Of a stretch of 64,000 nucleotides of DNA, positions 28,549 through 40,300 are shown piece by piece (positions within the stretch are counted from its first letter, which is position 1; each line of letters begins with the position of its first letter). The notes under the pieces were generated by a model that was not told the origin of the DNA, ran no database searches, and was given only the letters and a program-made list of their open reading frames with translations. This DNA comes from Candidatus Xenobia bacterium (lineage in GTDB: Bacteria; Vulcanimicrobiota; Xenobia; Xenobiales; QWHO01): the NCBI GenBank assembly GCA_045863235.1, contig BTUM01000033.1, forward strand, positions 1 through 64,000, read 5' to 3'. Made by a program: the position numbers and the translations under genes.

Positions 28549-28788
28549 ATGCCTGACTACACGATCGATACCGAAAAGGACGCCCGCGGCAGCTTCTGCC
28601 CGGGTCCCCTGCTCGAGCTGGTGCGGATGGTGCGCGAGGCCCAGGTGGGCCAGGTGCTGGCCGTCATCTCCGCCGACGAGGGCAGCAAGAAAGACATCCC
28701 CGCCTGGATCGCCAAGGCAAAGCATGAGTTCCTGGGGACCGAAGAGGTGGAAGGCGCCACCCGCTTCGTGTGCCGCAAGGTCCGATGA
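28549..28788 (+). CDS. tusA: TusA family sulfurtransferase
   Basis: DARGSFCPGPL, DIPAW. Confidence 0.9.
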   Translation: MPDYTIDTEKDARGSFCPGPLLELVRMVREAQVGQVLAVISADEGSKKDIPAWIAKAKHEFLGTEEVEGATRFVCRKVR

Positions 28789-29912
28789 AGAACGTCGTCG
28801 TGGTCGGCGGTGGCACCGGAGGCACCCTGGCTGCCAACCTGCTGGCCAAGAAGCTCAAGCCCTCGGAGGCGCGCATCACCCTCGTGTCCGAGAGCGCGCG
28901 CCATCTCTACCAGCCCGGCTGGCTTTACGTCTCCTTCGGGTGGCTGGATCAGCGCAGCTTGAGCCGCCCCCTGCGCAGCCTCCTCAAGAAACGCGTGCAG
29001 CTGGTGCTGGGACGAGTCGATACTCTGGACCTGGAGGGGCGCCAGCTCCGCCTCCACGACGGCACGAAAGTGGACTACGACTACCTGGTGCTGGCGCCCG
29101 GAGCGCTGGTCACCCCAGAGGACGTGCCCGGCCTGGCCGAGCACGGCGAGCACTGCTTCACCGAGCAGGGCGCCCTGCGCCTGTGGAGCCGCCTGCAAGA
29201 CTTCCAGGGCGGCCGCATCGTGGTGGGCGTGGGCGGCCTGCCCCACAAGTGCCCGGTGGCGCCGCTCGAGTTCACCTTCCTGCTCGAAGAGTTCCTCACC
29301 CGCCAGAACCTGCGCGACAAGACCGAAATCGTCTACACCTACCCCATCGGGCGGGTGTTCTCGATCGAGTCGGTGGCCGAGATCGCCGCCCCCCTGCTCG
29401 AGGAGCGCAAGGTCGAGGTGGAGACCTTCTTCAACCTCGAGGAGGTGCACCCCGGCAAGGCGCTGTCGCTGGAGGGCATCGAGCTCGACTATGACCTGCT
29501 GGCCATGGTCCCGCCTCACCGCGGCCCGGCCTTCCTGCAGGGCAGCCCCATCGCCGAGGCCCGCGGCTGGATCAAGACCGACCGCCACACTCTGCAGGTG
29601 CAGGGCACCGACAACCTCTGGGCCCTGGGCGACGTCACCGACCTGCCCATCAGCAAAGCCGGCAGTACGGCCCACTTCCAGGCTCCCGTGGTGGTGGACC
29701 GGCTCTGTGCCGCCTTGCGCGGCGAGGAGTCCCACGCCAGTTACGGAGGCCACGTCATGTGCTTCCTGGAGACCGGCTACAACCACGCCTCGCTGCTCGA
29801 CTTCGACTACCAGCGTCCGCCCGCCCCCGCCAGGCCCAACGCCATCGTCCACTACCAGAAGATGGTGTTCAACAAAGCCTACTGGTATCTGGTCCCGACC
29901 GGAGTGATCTGA
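28785..29912 (+). CDS. sqr: Sulfide:quinone oxidoreductase-like flavoprotein (short, type III-like)
   Basis: GGGTGG, HLYQPG, KCPVAPLE, ALGD, SKAGS.AH, CFLETG. Confidence 0.85.
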   Translation: MKNVVVVGGGTGGTLAANLLAKKLKPSEARITLVSESARHLYQPGWLYVSFGWLDQRSLSRPLRSLLKKRVQLVLGRVDTLDLEGRQLRLHDGTKVDYDYLVLAPGALVTPEDVPGLAEHGEHCFTEQGALRLWSRLQDFQGGRIVVGVGGLPHKCPVAPLEFTFLLEEFLTRQNLRDKTEIVYTYPIGRVFSIESVAEIAAPLLEERKVEVETFFNLEEVHPGKALSLEGIELDYDLLAMVPPHRGPAFLQGSPIAEARGWIKTDRHTLQVQGTDNLWALGDVTDLPISKAGSTAHFQAPVVVDRLCAALRGEESHASYGGHVMCFLETGYNHASLLDFDYQRPPAPARPNAIVHYQKMVFNKAYWYLVPTGVI

Positions 29913-29913
29913 G

Positions 29914-31203
29914 ATGGCTGAAGACGAGGAAACCACCACCCCGACTCCTCCCCCGCCGCCTTCGCGCAAGAAGTGGGGCTGGCTGGTCCCCGTGCTGGTG
30001 GCCATCCTGGTCTTCTTGCTGTGGCCCAAAGAGGAGCACCGGGAGACGGTCGAGCGCCCCGCTCGCGAGCGCTGGCAGGGGGCGACAGCCCGGGTGGAGG
30101 AGCGCACGCTGCCGCGCCAGCTCGAGCTGAGCGGCACCCTGACGCCGGTGCGCCAGGCCACCCTGTCCACGCGCCTGAGCGGCCGTCTGCTGGAGCTGAC
30201 CGTGGAAGAGGGCGACCGGGTCAACGCCGGCCAGGTGGTGGCCCGGGTGGACACCTCTGATCTCGAGAGCCGCACCGCCCAGGCCCGGGCCGGCGAGGTG
30301 GTGGCCCAGGCGGGCACGGTGCAGGCCCGGGCCTCGGTGCGCACGGCCCAGAGCGGCCTGGAGCAGGCTCAGGCCCAGCTCAAGGCGCTCCAATCGCAGC
30401 GCGGCGAGGTGAACGCCCGTCTCGAGCTGGCCCGGACCGAGCACCAGCGCCAGAGCTTCCTGGCTGCCGAAGGGGCCATCGCCCAGCAGGTGGCCGACCG
30501 GGCCAAAGCCGACTTTGAGGTGGCCCGCTCGCAGCAAGAGCAGCTCGAGGCTGGCCTGAAGCGGGCCCAGGCGGGTGTGGAGGCAGCCCGAGCCCAGCTC
30601 GAGGAGGCCCGCACCGGCATCTCCTCGAGCCAGGCCATGGTCGAGCAGGCCCGGGCGGGCACCGAGGCGGTGGCCTCGAACCTGAGCTACGGGCTGGTCC
30701 AGGCCCCCTTCCCCGGGGTGGTCAGCCGCAAGCTCTTGCGCCAGGGCGAGCTGGCCACGCCGGGTGCTCCCATCCTGGAGATTCAAGACCCCTACCACCT
30801 GCAGCTCGAGGTCAGCGTGCCCGAGGAAGCGCTCGAGGCGGTGCGGCCTGGCCAGACCCTGGAGCTGACGCTGGGCACCCGCAAGCTGCGCGGCAAGGTG
30901 CGCCAGATCGTGCCCGCGGCCGATCCGGCCAGCCGCAGCTTCACGGTCAAGGTGGCCGTGGAGAACCCGAAAGCCGAGCTGATCCCGGGCATGTACGGCA
31001 AGCTGGGCCTCACAGTTGGCAAGCGTCAGGCGGTTCTGGTTCCGAGTCAAGCGGTGTCCCGGAGGGGCCAGCTGGAAGAGGTGCAGGTCATCGACCCGGA
31101 AGGATATCCTGAGCTGCGCCTGATCAAGACCGGTCAGGCGCAGGGCGAGCTGGTGGAGGTGCTGTCAGGTCTCAACGCGGGCGAGACGGTGGGTCTGCCG
31201 TGA
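29914..31203 (+). CDS. RND periplasmic adaptor subunit
   Basis: TM anchor, lipoyl halves, long coiled coil, APFPG, PGMYG. Confidence 0.92.
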   Translation: MAEDEETTTPTPPPPPSRKKWGWLVPVLVAILVFLLWPKEEHRETVERPARERWQGATARVEERTLPRQLELSGTLTPVRQATLSTRLSGRLLELTVEEGDRVNAGQVVARVDTSDLESRTAQARAGEVVAQAGTVQARASVRTAQSGLEQAQAQLKALQSQRGEVNARLELARTEHQRQSFLAAEGAIAQQVADRAKADFEVARSQQEQLEAGLKRAQAGVEAARAQLEEARTGISSSQAMVEQARAGTEAVASNLSYGLVQAPFPGVVSRKLLRQGELATPGAPILEIQDPYHLQLEVSVPEEALEAVRPGQTLELTLGTRKLRGKVRQIVPAADPASRSFTVKVAVENPKAELIPGMYGKLGLTVGKRQAVLVPSQAVSRRGQLEEVQVIDPEGYPELRLIKTGQAQGELVEVLSGLNAGETVGLP

Positions 31204-34200
31204 AACTCGGATTTGCCGGTCACCTGGCCGCCGCCTTCGCGCGGTCCAAGCTGACTCCGCTGCTGCTGCTGCTCTCCCTGGTTCTGGGGGTGGGCGCCAC
31301 GCTGGCCCTGCCCCGCGAGGAAGAGCCCCAGATCACCGTGCCCATGGCCGACGTTCTGGTCAGCTTTCCGGGCGCCACCGCTCGCGAGGTGGAGCAACGG
31401 GTGACCTACCCGATGGAGAAGCTGATCCGCGAGCTGGAGGGCGTGGAGTACGTCTACTCCACCAGCCGCCCGGGCCAGTCGCTGGTGATCGTGCGCTTCA
31501 AAGTAGGGCTCAACCCCGAAGCTGCCACAGTCCGCCTGTACAATAAGCTCTACTCCAACTTCGACCGCATTCCGCCGGGGGTCAGCCAGCCCCTGATCAA
31601 GTCGCGCTCCATCGACGACGTGCCCATCCTCACCCTCACCCTGCACTCCAAGAAATCCAACGGCTACGAGCTGCGCCAGATTGCCGCCCAGCTCGACGAG
31701 GAGCTCAAGCAGGTGGAGGACGTCTCCGAGATCACCCTGCTCGGGGGACAGAGCCGTCAGGTCGAGATCCAGCTCACCCCCCAGAAGCTGGCCGCCTACA
31801 ACCTGACTCCGGCGGCCATCGCCCAGGCCCTGCGCGGCTTCAACGTGGCCGCCCAGAGCGGGCGGCTCGAAGGGTCCTTGAGCCTGAGCGTGCGCACGGG
31901 CGAGTTCCTGCGCAGCCTGGAAGAGGTGGGCCAGGTGGTGGTGGCCGTCCACCAGGGGCGTCCGGTCTTGCTCGGCCAGGTGGCCAGCCTGCGAGACGGG
32001 CCCCAGGAGCCCACCAATTATGTCTTCTTCGGCACCCGCCAGGATCTCGAGGAGGCCGTCACCCTGGCCATCGCCAAGCGGCGCGGGGCCAACGCCATCG
32101 CCGTGTCTCACCGGCTGATGGCCAAAGTGGAGGCCGTGCGAGCGAACCTGCTGCCAGCCGGAGTGGAGCTGACGGTCACCCGCGACTACGGTGAGACGGC
32201 CGCTGAGCGGTCCAACGAGCTGCTGTTCCATATGGGCATCGCGGTGGGCTCGGTCACCTTGCTGATCGGGCTGACGCTGGGCAAGCGCGAGTCGCTGGTG
32301 GTGGCCGTGGCCATTCCGGTCACGCTTTCCTTGACGCTGGCCACCTTCGTGCTCTACGGGTTCACCCTCAACCGGGTCACCTTCTTTGCCCTGATCTTCT
32401 CCATCGGCATCCTGGTGGACGATGCCATCGTGGTGGTGGAGAACGTGGTGCGCCACCTGCGCATGCCCGAGAACGCCGGCCGCGATCGGCTGCAGGTGGT
32501 GCTGGAAGCGGTGGACGAGGTGGGCAACCCCACCGTACTGGCCACCCTGACCGTGGTGGGAGCGATCCTCCCGATGGCCTTCGTGCGCGGCCTGATGGGG
32601 CCCTACATGCTGCCCATCCCGCTGGGCGCCTCGGCGGCCATGCTGTTCAGCATGCTGGTCGCCTTCACGGTGGTGCCCTGGGCTGCCCTGCGTCTGCTCA
32701 AGGAAGACGGCCACGGCCACGAGGAAGGGCAAGAAGACGCGCTCACCCGCCTCTACCGCCACCTGATGGGCCCACTCATCGCCCACGGCGGCTGGCGCAC
32801 GCTCTTTCTGGTCGCCACCATCGGCCTCTTGCTGGCGGCCATGGCCCTGGTGGGTCTACGCCTGGTGGTGTTCAAGATGCTGCCTTTCGACAACAAGAGC
32901 GAGTTCCAGATCCTGGTGGACCTGCCCGAAGGGGCCACCCTGGAGCAGACGGCGGCGCTGGCCACCGAAGTGGGCAGGCGCGTGGCCGAGCTGCCTGAGG
33001 TGACCAACTACCAGATTTACGCCGGCACCGCCTCGCCTTACAACTTCAACGGGCTGGTGCGCCACTACTTCCTTCGCTCCGGGCCCAACGTGGCCGACCT
33101 GCAGGTCAACCTGACGCCCAAGGAGGAGCGCCGCCGTCAGAGCCACGACGTGGCCAAGGCCGCCCGGGAGGCGCTCAAGGACGTCAAAGGAGCGGTGCTG
33201 GTCGTGGCCGAGATTCCTCCTGGCCCCCCCGTGCTGCAGACGCTGGTCACCGAGGTCTTCGGGCCCACCGAGGAGAGCCGGGTGGCACTGGCCACCGAGG
33301 TCAGAGAGCTCTACGTGAAAGAGCCGGGCGTGGTGGACGTGGACTGGTACCGCGAGGATCCGCACGAAGAGGTGCACCTGGAGATCGACGCCGAGAAGGC
33401 GGCCCTCTCGGGACTGACCCCGATGGAGGTAGAGCAGGCCGTCAGCGCGGCCCTGGGCGGCATGCCGGCCGGTCTTCTGCACGACGACGCGGCCCGCGAG
33501 CCGGTGCCCCTGCTGCTCCGCTTCGGGCCCGGCGATCGCACCCTGCCGGGGCTGGAGTCGCTGCGCCTCAAGGGGGTGCCGCTCAGCAGCCTGGTGCGGG
33601 TCACTCGCCGCCCGGCCGAGCAGAGCATCTATCACAAGAACCTGCAGCCGGTGATCTACGTGACCGGCGACGTGGGGGGCAAGGTGGAGAGCCCGCTCTA
33701 CAGCATCCTGGAGCTGCAGGGCAAGATCAAGGCCGACACCTGGTGGATCCAGCAGCCGACCTCCACCGAGCGCCCGGCGGTCAAGTGGGACGGCGAGTGG
33801 CACGTGACCTACGAGGTCTTCCGCGATCTCGGCATCGCCTTCGCGGTGGTGATGCTGCTCATCTACGGCCTGATCGTGGGCTGGTTCCAGAACTTCATCA
33901 CCCCGCTCGTCATCGTGTCGGCCATCCCGTTCTCGATGGTGGGCATCCTGCCCGGTCACTGGGGCATGGGAGCCTTCTTCACGGCCACCTCGATGATCGG
34001 GTTCATCGCCGGGGCCGGCATCGTGGTGCGCAACTCCATCATCCTGGTCGACTTCATCGAGCTGCGCCTCAAGGAGGGCATGCCGCTCGAGGAGGCTGTG
34101 GTGGATGCGGGCGCGGTGCGCTTCCGGCCCATGCTCTTGACCGCCCTGGCGGTGGTGGTTGGCTCGGCCGTGATCCTGGCCGACCCTATCTTCAACGGGC

Positions 34201-34298
34201 TGGCCATCAGCCTGATGTTCGGAGAGATCGCCTCGCTCTTGCTCTCGCGCACCACGGTGCCGGTGCTCTACTACATGGTCTGGCGGGGGCGGCGATGA
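31200..34298 (+). CDS. RND efflux permease
   Basis: [38 protein letters not shown]. Confidence 0.95.
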   Translation: MKLGFAGHLAAAFARSKLTPLLLLLSLVLGVGATLALPREEEPQITVPMADVLVSFPGATAREVEQRVTYPMEKLIRELEGVEYVYSTSRPGQSLVIVRFKVGLNPEAATVRLYNKLYSNFDRIPPGVSQPLIKSRSIDDVPILTLTLHSKKSNGYELRQIAAQLDEELKQVEDVSEITLLGGQSRQVEIQLTPQKLAAYNLTPAAIAQALRGFNVAAQSGRLEGSLSLSVRTGEFLRSLEEVGQVVVAVHQGRPVLLGQVASLRDGPQEPTNYVFFGTRQDLEEAVTLAIAKRRGANAIAVSHRLMAKVEAVRANLLPAGVELTVTRDYGETAAERSNELLFHMGIAVGSVTLLIGLTLGKRESLVVAVAIPVTLSLTLATFVLYGFTLNRVTFFALIFSIGILVDDAIVVVENVVRHLRMPENAGRDRLQVVLEAVDEVGNPTVLATLTVVGAILPMAFVRGLMGPYMLPIPLGASAAMLFSMLVAFTVVPWAALRLLKEDGHGHEEGQEDALTRLYRHLMGPLIAHGGWRTLFLVATIGLLLAAMALVGLRLVVFKMLPFDNKSEFQILVDLPEGATLEQTAALATEVGRRVAELPEVTNYQIYAGTASPYNFNGLVRHYFLRSGPNVADLQVNLTPKEERRRQSHDVAKAAREALKDVKGAVLVVAEIPPGPPVLQTLVTEVFGPTEESRVALATEVRELYVKEPGVVDVDWYREDPHEEVHLEIDAEKAALSGLTPMEVEQAVSAALGGMPAGLLHDDAAREPVPLLLRFGPGDRTLPGLESLRLKGVPLSSLVRVTRRPAEQSIYHKNLQPVIYVTGDVGGKVESPLYSILELQGKIKADTWWIQQPTSTERPAVKWDGEWHVTYEVFRDLGIAFAVVMLLIYGLIVGWFQNFITPLVIVSAIPFSMVGILPGHWGMGAFFTATSMIGFIAGAGIVVRNSIILVDFIELRLKEGMPLEEAVVDAGAVRFRPMLLTALAVVVGSAVILADPIFNGLAISLMFGEIASLLLSRTTVPVLYYMVWRGRR

Positions 34299-35605
34299 TC
34301 CGCCTGGCCATCGCGCTGCTCTTGCTGGCGGGTCTGGCCCTGGCCCAGACCGCCCCCGTGGTGCCGTCTGGACCGCTCTCGCTCGAGGCGGCCCTGGGCG
34401 AGGCGGCTGCCAACAGCCCGGCCGTGCGCGAGGCCGAGGCCCGGGTGCAGGAGGCGGTCTACGGAGTGGATGAGGCCGGAGCACCGGGCAAGCCTCGCAT
34501 GGACTTTACGGCCGGCTATCAGTACCTGACCCCGACGCTGTCGTTCTCGGGCCTGCCGGTGGTGGTCAACAACAACTACGAATTCGCGGTCGGGCTGCAG
34601 CAGACACTGGCCGACTTCGGGCGACTGCACTGGGCCACCGCCACCGCCGAGCTGCGCCAGCGCAGCCTGACCGAGGAGGTGCGCCGGCAAAAGGAAGATC
34701 TGGCCATGCAGGTGCGCCAGGCTTACGCGGGCCTTCTCTTCGCGCGCCAGAGCCTGGCGGTGGCCAGCGACCTGGTGGCGGCCCGCCGGGCCCACGTCGA
34801 GGTGGTGGAGACCCGCCTCAAGGCGGGAGCCGTTCCGCGCTACGACATGCTGTCGAGCCAGGCCGCCCTGGCCCAGGCTGAAGAGCAGCTCGTCACTGCC
34901 CGCAGCCAGGAGTCGGTGGCCCGCCAGCGCTTGTTGACGCTGCTTGGACGCTCGCTGGAGCAGCCTCTGGAGCTGGCCGACTGGCCGGTGGAGATCGCCC
35001 TGCCCGACCTCGCGGAGGGCGCCACCCGCGCCCTGGTCGAGCGGCCCGAGCTCACGGCTCTGAACTGGGCCGTGGAGGCGGCCCGGGCCCGCGTACACCT
35101 GGAAGAGAGCCAGGACAACCCCGCCCTCAGCTTCGCCACGCGCTACGCCCAGCGAAACGAGACAGCCTTTCAGAACAGCTCGCTGTGGTCGGCTGGAGTG
35201 CTCTTCAGCGTGCCCTTGTTCGACGGCGGCACCAGCGAGGCGCGCGCCAACCAGGCCGAGGCGGTGGTGGTGCAGCTGAGCGAGTCGCAAGAGAAGCTGC
35301 GCCGGCTGGTGGCCCTGGAGGTGCAGGAGAGCTACCAGCAGTTGCTCACCGCCAGCGAGCAGTTGAGGCTCTCGTCGGCGCGTCTGGAGCAGACCACCGA
35401 AGGCCTGCGCATCGCCCGCCTGCGCTATCAGACCGGGGTGAGCATCAACCAGGAGGTGCTCGACGCCGAGTCGTCCCAGAGCCAGGCCCGCCTCGACCGA
35501 CACCGGGCCGAGCTGGCCCTGCGCACCGGCTGGGCGCGCTGGCTGCGGGTTTGCTCGGTCAGTCCAGAGCCAGCAGCCGAGCCAGCACCAGCTCCATCGC
35601 GCTGA
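34295..35605 (+). CDS. TolC family outer membrane protein
   Basis: Signal peptide, RPEL, VPLFDGG, RYQTG. Confidence 0.9.
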   Translation: MIRLAIALLLLAGLALAQTAPVVPSGPLSLEAALGEAAANSPAVREAEARVQEAVYGVDEAGAPGKPRMDFTAGYQYLTPTLSFSGLPVVVNNNYEFAVGLQQTLADFGRLHWATATAELRQRSLTEEVRRQKEDLAMQVRQAYAGLLFARQSLAVASDLVAARRAHVEVVETRLKAGAVPRYDMLSSQAALAQAEEQLVTARSQESVARQRLLTLLGRSLEQPLELADWPVEIALPDLAEGATRALVERPELTALNWAVEAARARVHLEESQDNPALSFATRYAQRNETAFQNSSLWSAGVLFSVPLFDGGTSEARANQAEAVVVQLSESQEKLRRLVALEVQESYQQLLTASEQLRLSSARLEQTTEGLRIARLRYQTGVSINQEVLDAESSQSQARLDRHRAELALRTGWARWLRVCSVSPEPAAEPAPAPSR

Positions 35606-35770
35606 GAGTTGGGTCGGACTCGACGCGCCCGAGCCGGCGTCGAAAGCGATGATGGGAAGCGAGCGCAGTTGCTCGCACAGGAGCTCGCTCACGCTGTCCA
35701 GGCCCCCTCACCGCGTGCTCACCCGGATATGGCTTGCCAGGCCGCGCAAGCTGGCCCAGGCGACCGGAAC
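35600..35770 (-). pseudogene. MazF/PemK toxin C-terminal remnant
   Basis: RGLASHIRVSTR*GGLDSVSELLCEQLRSL, then after a frameshift HRFRRRLGRVE. Confidence 0.65.
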
Positions 35771-35871
35771 TCGCGTTTGATGAAAAAACCTCAAATCATG
35801 CTTCTGACCCAACGAGAGTCTCCGCGCTCTCTGCGGCGGAGAGTGAAGGGATCTGAATGTCAACAGACCCT

Positions 35872-36414
35872 CTAGGGTAACAAGGCCTGAACCTGAATGC
35901 TGGCCTGAGCCCAGGACAGCATTCCTTCTGGGCCTATCTCCTCTGACCGGGAGTAACCCAATTCGCCGGGTTGGGTGTAGCGCAAGACTTGTCGCCCGTT
36001 GAGGTCGACCACCCAGTACTCGGGAATACCCGAGCGAGCATAGACACAGGCTTTGCGACCGCAATCGAAAGTCAGCGAGGAATCGGCGATCTCCACCACC
36101 AGCAAAGCGCTGCGCGGCTGCTGCTCGACGTAGTCGCGGCGTTTCCCGGCCACGATGGCGAGATCGGGTTCCGGGTCGGAGGCACTGCCCAGGTAGAGAG
36201 GCAACTGGACCCGCAGATGGGTTTCCGGAGCCAGGGCAGCCGTGAGCTCGTCCTGGGCCAGTCCAAGCGCAGTGGAGTGCGGGGAGTTTTGCGGGCACAT
36301 TTGATAGATCTCCCCTTCCAGCAAGAATACGCGGGAGTCTTCCCCCAGCAAGCCCGAGGTGATCATGCGGTCCCATTCCTGCAGGGTCCACTGCTTGTGA
36401 GCAAGCTCTTCCAT
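35872..36414 (-). CDS. Uma2 family PD-(D/E)XK-like endonuclease
   Basis: LLEGEI, PEPDLAIV, LVVEIADSS, KACVYARSGIPEYWVVDL. Confidence 0.9.
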   Translation of the reverse strand: MEELAHKQWTLQEWDRMITSGLLGEDSRVFLLEGEIYQMCPQNSPHSTALGLAQDELTAALAPETHLRVQLPLYLGSASDPEPDLAIVAGKRRDYVEQQPRSALLVVEIADSSLTFDCGRKACVYARSGIPEYWVVDLNGRQVLRYTQPGELGYSRSEEIGPEGMLSWAQASIQVQALLP

Positions 36415-36610
36415 CAGGTTCAGGTTTTCTGCGGCTGCGCGTGTCCACCTCTGCCAGGTGAAGACGGATAGATGGCAACCGAACCTTGCTCGAGTGCGCC
36501 GACCACGGCCTGGTCCTGTTCGAACGCGGAGCCTGGGCCGAGCTGTCGGCCCTGATGGCCACTTCTTCAAGAAGCCTTATAGGCTCAGCGACCGGAAGTT
36601 GGCTCACTGA

Positions 36611-36638
36611 TTGACACCGCGCCCCCCCTCGCTATAAT
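36611..36638 (+). promoter_or_regulatory. Consensus sigma70 promoter of vapBC
   Basis: TTGACA-N16-TATAAT, 7 nt before the ATG. Confidence 0.9.
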
Positions 36639-36645
36639 CAGATTT

Positions 36646-36936
36646 ATGAAGAGAAAATCTGAAAAAGGTCCGACGCACATCTCTGCCACCGAGGCAAGCC
36701 GCTCGTTCTCGGAGATCCTAGACCAGATCGAGGAGGGAGCGACCTACATCGTCCATCGCCGGGGCCGGTCGATCTGCTCGATGACCCGTCCCCCCGTGCA
36801 CGGCCGGAAAGCGTCTGAATGCCTGGACCTGCTCCGCGGACGAACCCCGGTTCGACTTGATGATGAATTTTCAACCGACCTGATGGCGATCTTGGAGGGA
36901 GAACCCGTGGAGGATCGGCATTTGTGGGAATCCTGA
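36646..36936 (+). CDS. Phd/YefM-type antitoxin
   Basis: ISATEASRSFSEILDQIEEG..IVHRRGR. Confidence 0.88.
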   Translation: MKRKSEKGPTHISATEASRSFSEILDQIEEGATYIVHRRGRSICSMTRPPVHGRKASECLDLLRGRTPVRLDDEFSTDLMAILEGEPVEDRHLWES

Positions 36937-37340
36937 TCGACTCCACTCTCTTGATCTTCGCCGAACGCAACAGCCTTTCCCCGGCAGAGCTCATCGACAG
37001 GATCATCGAACGCCACGGCAATCAGGAACTGGCCGCCTCGGTCATGACCGCCGGGGAGTTGCTCCACGGTTGCTGGCGCGCGGATACGCCGGAACGCAGG
37101 GCCAGGCGCGAGGAGTTCGTCGAGGCTGTGCTCGCGGTCATTCCCATCATCGAGATAACAATGCCAATTGTGCGCGTTTATGCAGAGATCGATGCGCGAT
37201 TGATGAAGGACGGAAGCCGACTTCCGCCTTCGGATCTGCTCATCGCTGCGACCGCGCTCTTTCGCGGTGACGCCATCGCAACGGCCAATGTTCGCCATTT
37301 CCACCGCATCGATCGGCTCGAGGTCCACGCCTGGAGCTAA
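36924..37340 (+). CDS. vapC: PIN-domain VapC toxin
   Basis: LIDST, GEL.HG, DLLIAATA, TANVRHF. Confidence 0.92.
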   Translation: MGILIDSTLLIFAERNSLSPAELIDRIIERHGNQELAASVMTAGELLHGCWRADTPERRARREEFVEAVLAVIPIIEITMPIVRVYAEIDARLMKDGSRLPPSDLLIAATALFRGDAIATANVRHFHRIDRLEVHAWS

Positions 37341-37349
37341 GACGCGAGA

Positions 37350-40300
37350 TCAGCTTTCAGGTGACGTCGGTCCCGCGGAGGGCTCGTCTGGCTTGACCTC
37401 CTCGGGCTTCTTCTCCTCAGATCCGGACTTGGGACCGGGCTCGGGAACGGGCTCCTTCTTGGACTTCGGGGGCTCGGGAGTCGGCTCAGGCTTGGCAGGC
37501 TCGGGCGCCGGCTTGGGCGCGACCTCGGGCTTGGGCGCGGGGGTCGGCGCCGGCCCGGCGTGGCCCTCTGCATGGCCTTCGGCCGGCTGAACGGCGGGCG
37601 GCTTTGGCTTGCCACCGAGCAGGTTGGCAATTCCCTGCACCAGCACGTAGAGAGACGGGATGAAGAACACGCCCAGCGTCGAGGCCGCCAGCATGCCGCC
37701 GAAGACGGCCGTGCCCAGGGCCCGCCGGCTGACCGCGCCAGCTCCCTCGGCGACGACCAGCGGCACCACGCCCAGAATGAAGGCGAAGCTGGTCATCAAG
37801 ATGGGGCGCAGGCGCAGCTTGCCCCCCTCGACCGCGGCCTCCACCAGCGTGAAGCCTTCCTTCTCGTACTTCTCCTTGGCGAACTCCACAATCAGGATGG
37901 CGTTCTTGGCCGCCAGGCCGATCAGCATCACCAGGCCGATCTGCACATAGAGGTTGTTGTCCATCTTGATGACCGCGGTGGCGATGTAAGCCCCCATGAC
38001 GCCCACCGGAATACCGAACAGCACCGCGAACGGCACGGCCCAGCTCTCGTACTGAGCCGACAAGAACAAGAACACGAACAACAGAGCCAAAAGGAAGATC
38101 ACTCCCTGACTGCCCTGGGCCGCCTTCTCCTGGTAAGCCATGGTAGTCCAGGCCACGCTGTAATTGGAAGGCAGCGATTTGGCCATCTTTTCCACCGTGG
38201 CGATAGCCTGGCCGCTCGAGTAGCCGGGGGCCGAGTTGCCGTTGACCTCGACGGCGCGATAGAGGTTGAAGCGGGTGATGGTATCGGCGCCCGTGAGCAC
38301 CTTGGGGGCGGTCAGCGTCTTCAGGGGTACCATGCTGCCATCCTTGGCGCGCACGTAGAGGCTGCCGATGTCTTCCTTGGTGCGCCGGTAGTCAGCCTCG
38401 GCCTGGATGTAGACCTGCCAGGTGCGGCCAAACTTGTTGAACTGGTTGACGTAGTAGCCGCCCAGGTTGGCCTGCAGGCCGGCGAAAACGTCGCTCAGGG
38501 GAATGCCCAGCACCTTGACCTTGTCGCGATCGACCCACAGCTTCACCATGGGCACGTTGGTGGAAAACAGCGTGAAGACGCCCTTGAGCTGCTTCTGCTG
38601 ATTGAGCTGAAAGATGAACTGCTTGGCGGTGTCGGCCTGAGCGAGGATGTCGCCGCCGCTGCGGTCCTGGAGCTCGAAGGTGAAGCCGCCGGCGTTACCC
38701 AGGCCGGGAATGGGCGGGGGATTGAAGACCGCGATGCGGGCCTCGGGGTACTTGGAGAACTCGGCCTGCAGTCGCTCGATGGTCTTGAAGGCGTGCTCCT
38801 CGGGGGTCCGCTCCTCCCACGGCTCGAGCACGACCACGATGGAGCAGGAATTGGTGTTATAGGTCGACATCATCAGGCTGTAGCCGCCCAGCCCCAGCAC
38901 CGACTTCACGCCGGGCTGCTTCTTGCATGCCTCCTCCATGTGCTTGAGCACCTCGTTGGTGCGGCTGAGCGAGGACGCCTCGGGGAGCTGGGCGTCGATC
39001 ATGAAGTAGCCGTTGTCCTCACCGGGCAAGAAGCCCGTCGGCAGAGTGACCTGCAAACGGTAAGCGATGTAGAACACGACACCCAGCAAGCACAGCGTGA
39101 CCAGCATGAGCTTGATGGTCAGGCGCACGGTGCGCGTGTAGCCCGCGTTGACCCAATCGAAGACCTTGTTGAAGCCGGCCAGGAACCAGCCCAGCGGACC
39201 GCGCATGGGCTTTCTGGGCCGCAGAATCAGCGTGCACAGGGCCGGGGTGAGCGTCAGGGCCACCAGTGCCGAGAGACAGACCGACACCGCCAGCGTGAGG
39301 GCGAACTGACGATACATCAGTCCGGTGATGCCGCCCATGAAGGCCACCGGCACGAAGACCGAGGTCAGCACCAGGGCGATGGCCACCACCGGTCCGCCCA
39401 CCTCGGCCATGGCCCGCTCGGTCGCCTGAAGCGGAGAGAGCCCGTGCTCGATGTGGTGCTCCACCGCCTCCACCACCACGATGGCATCGTCCACCACGAT
39501 GCCCACCGCCAGCACCAGGCCGAACAAAGTCAGCATGTTGATTGAAAAACCGAAGGCCACGAAGGCGGCGAACGTGCCGATCAAAGAGACCGGCACGGCC
39601 AGCATGGGGATCAGGGTGGCCCGGAAGTTGCCCAGGAAGACGAAGACCACCAGGATGACCAGGATGATCGCGTCGCGCAGGGCCAGGATCACCTCGTGGA
39701 TGGAGGCGGTCACGAAGTCGGTGGTGTCCAGCGTCAGCTCATAGTCGACATCGGGAGGAAACCTGGTCTTGAGCTGTTCCAGCTTCTCGCGCACAGCCTT
39801 GGAGGTGGCCAGCGAGTTGGCCCCCGGCATCAGGTAGATGCCGACCGGAATAGCCGCCTGGCCGTTCAGCCGGCCGAAAGTATTGTAGGTCTTGGACCCC
39901 ATCTCGACCCGGGCGACGTCTTTCATGCGCAAGATCGAGCCATCCGGGTTGGTGCGCAGGATGATGTTGCCGAACTCCTCGGCCTCGGTCAGGCGGCCTT
40001 TGACGTTGACCGAATACTGAAAGTCGACCGGCCGGGGCATCGGCTCGGCGCCCACCGAGCCGGCGGCCGCCTGGACGTTTTGCTCTTTCAGGGCGTTGGC
40101 CAGATCGGTGGTGGTCAGGCCCAGGCTGGTCAGGCGAGCGGGATCAACCCACATGCGCATGGCATAGTCTTGCTGACCCACCAGGATGACGGCCAGGCCG
40201 ACGCCCGGAAGACGGGCCAGCTCGTCGATCACGTTCACCAGCACGTAGTTGGAAAGAAAGCTGGCGTCGTAGGTGCCACCGGGCGAGAAGAAGCTCATGA

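Noticed and set aside
36420..36610. Possible minimal nucleotidyltransferase remnant (LLECADHGLVLFER)
   Set aside because: Too short, and the catalytic motif is absent.
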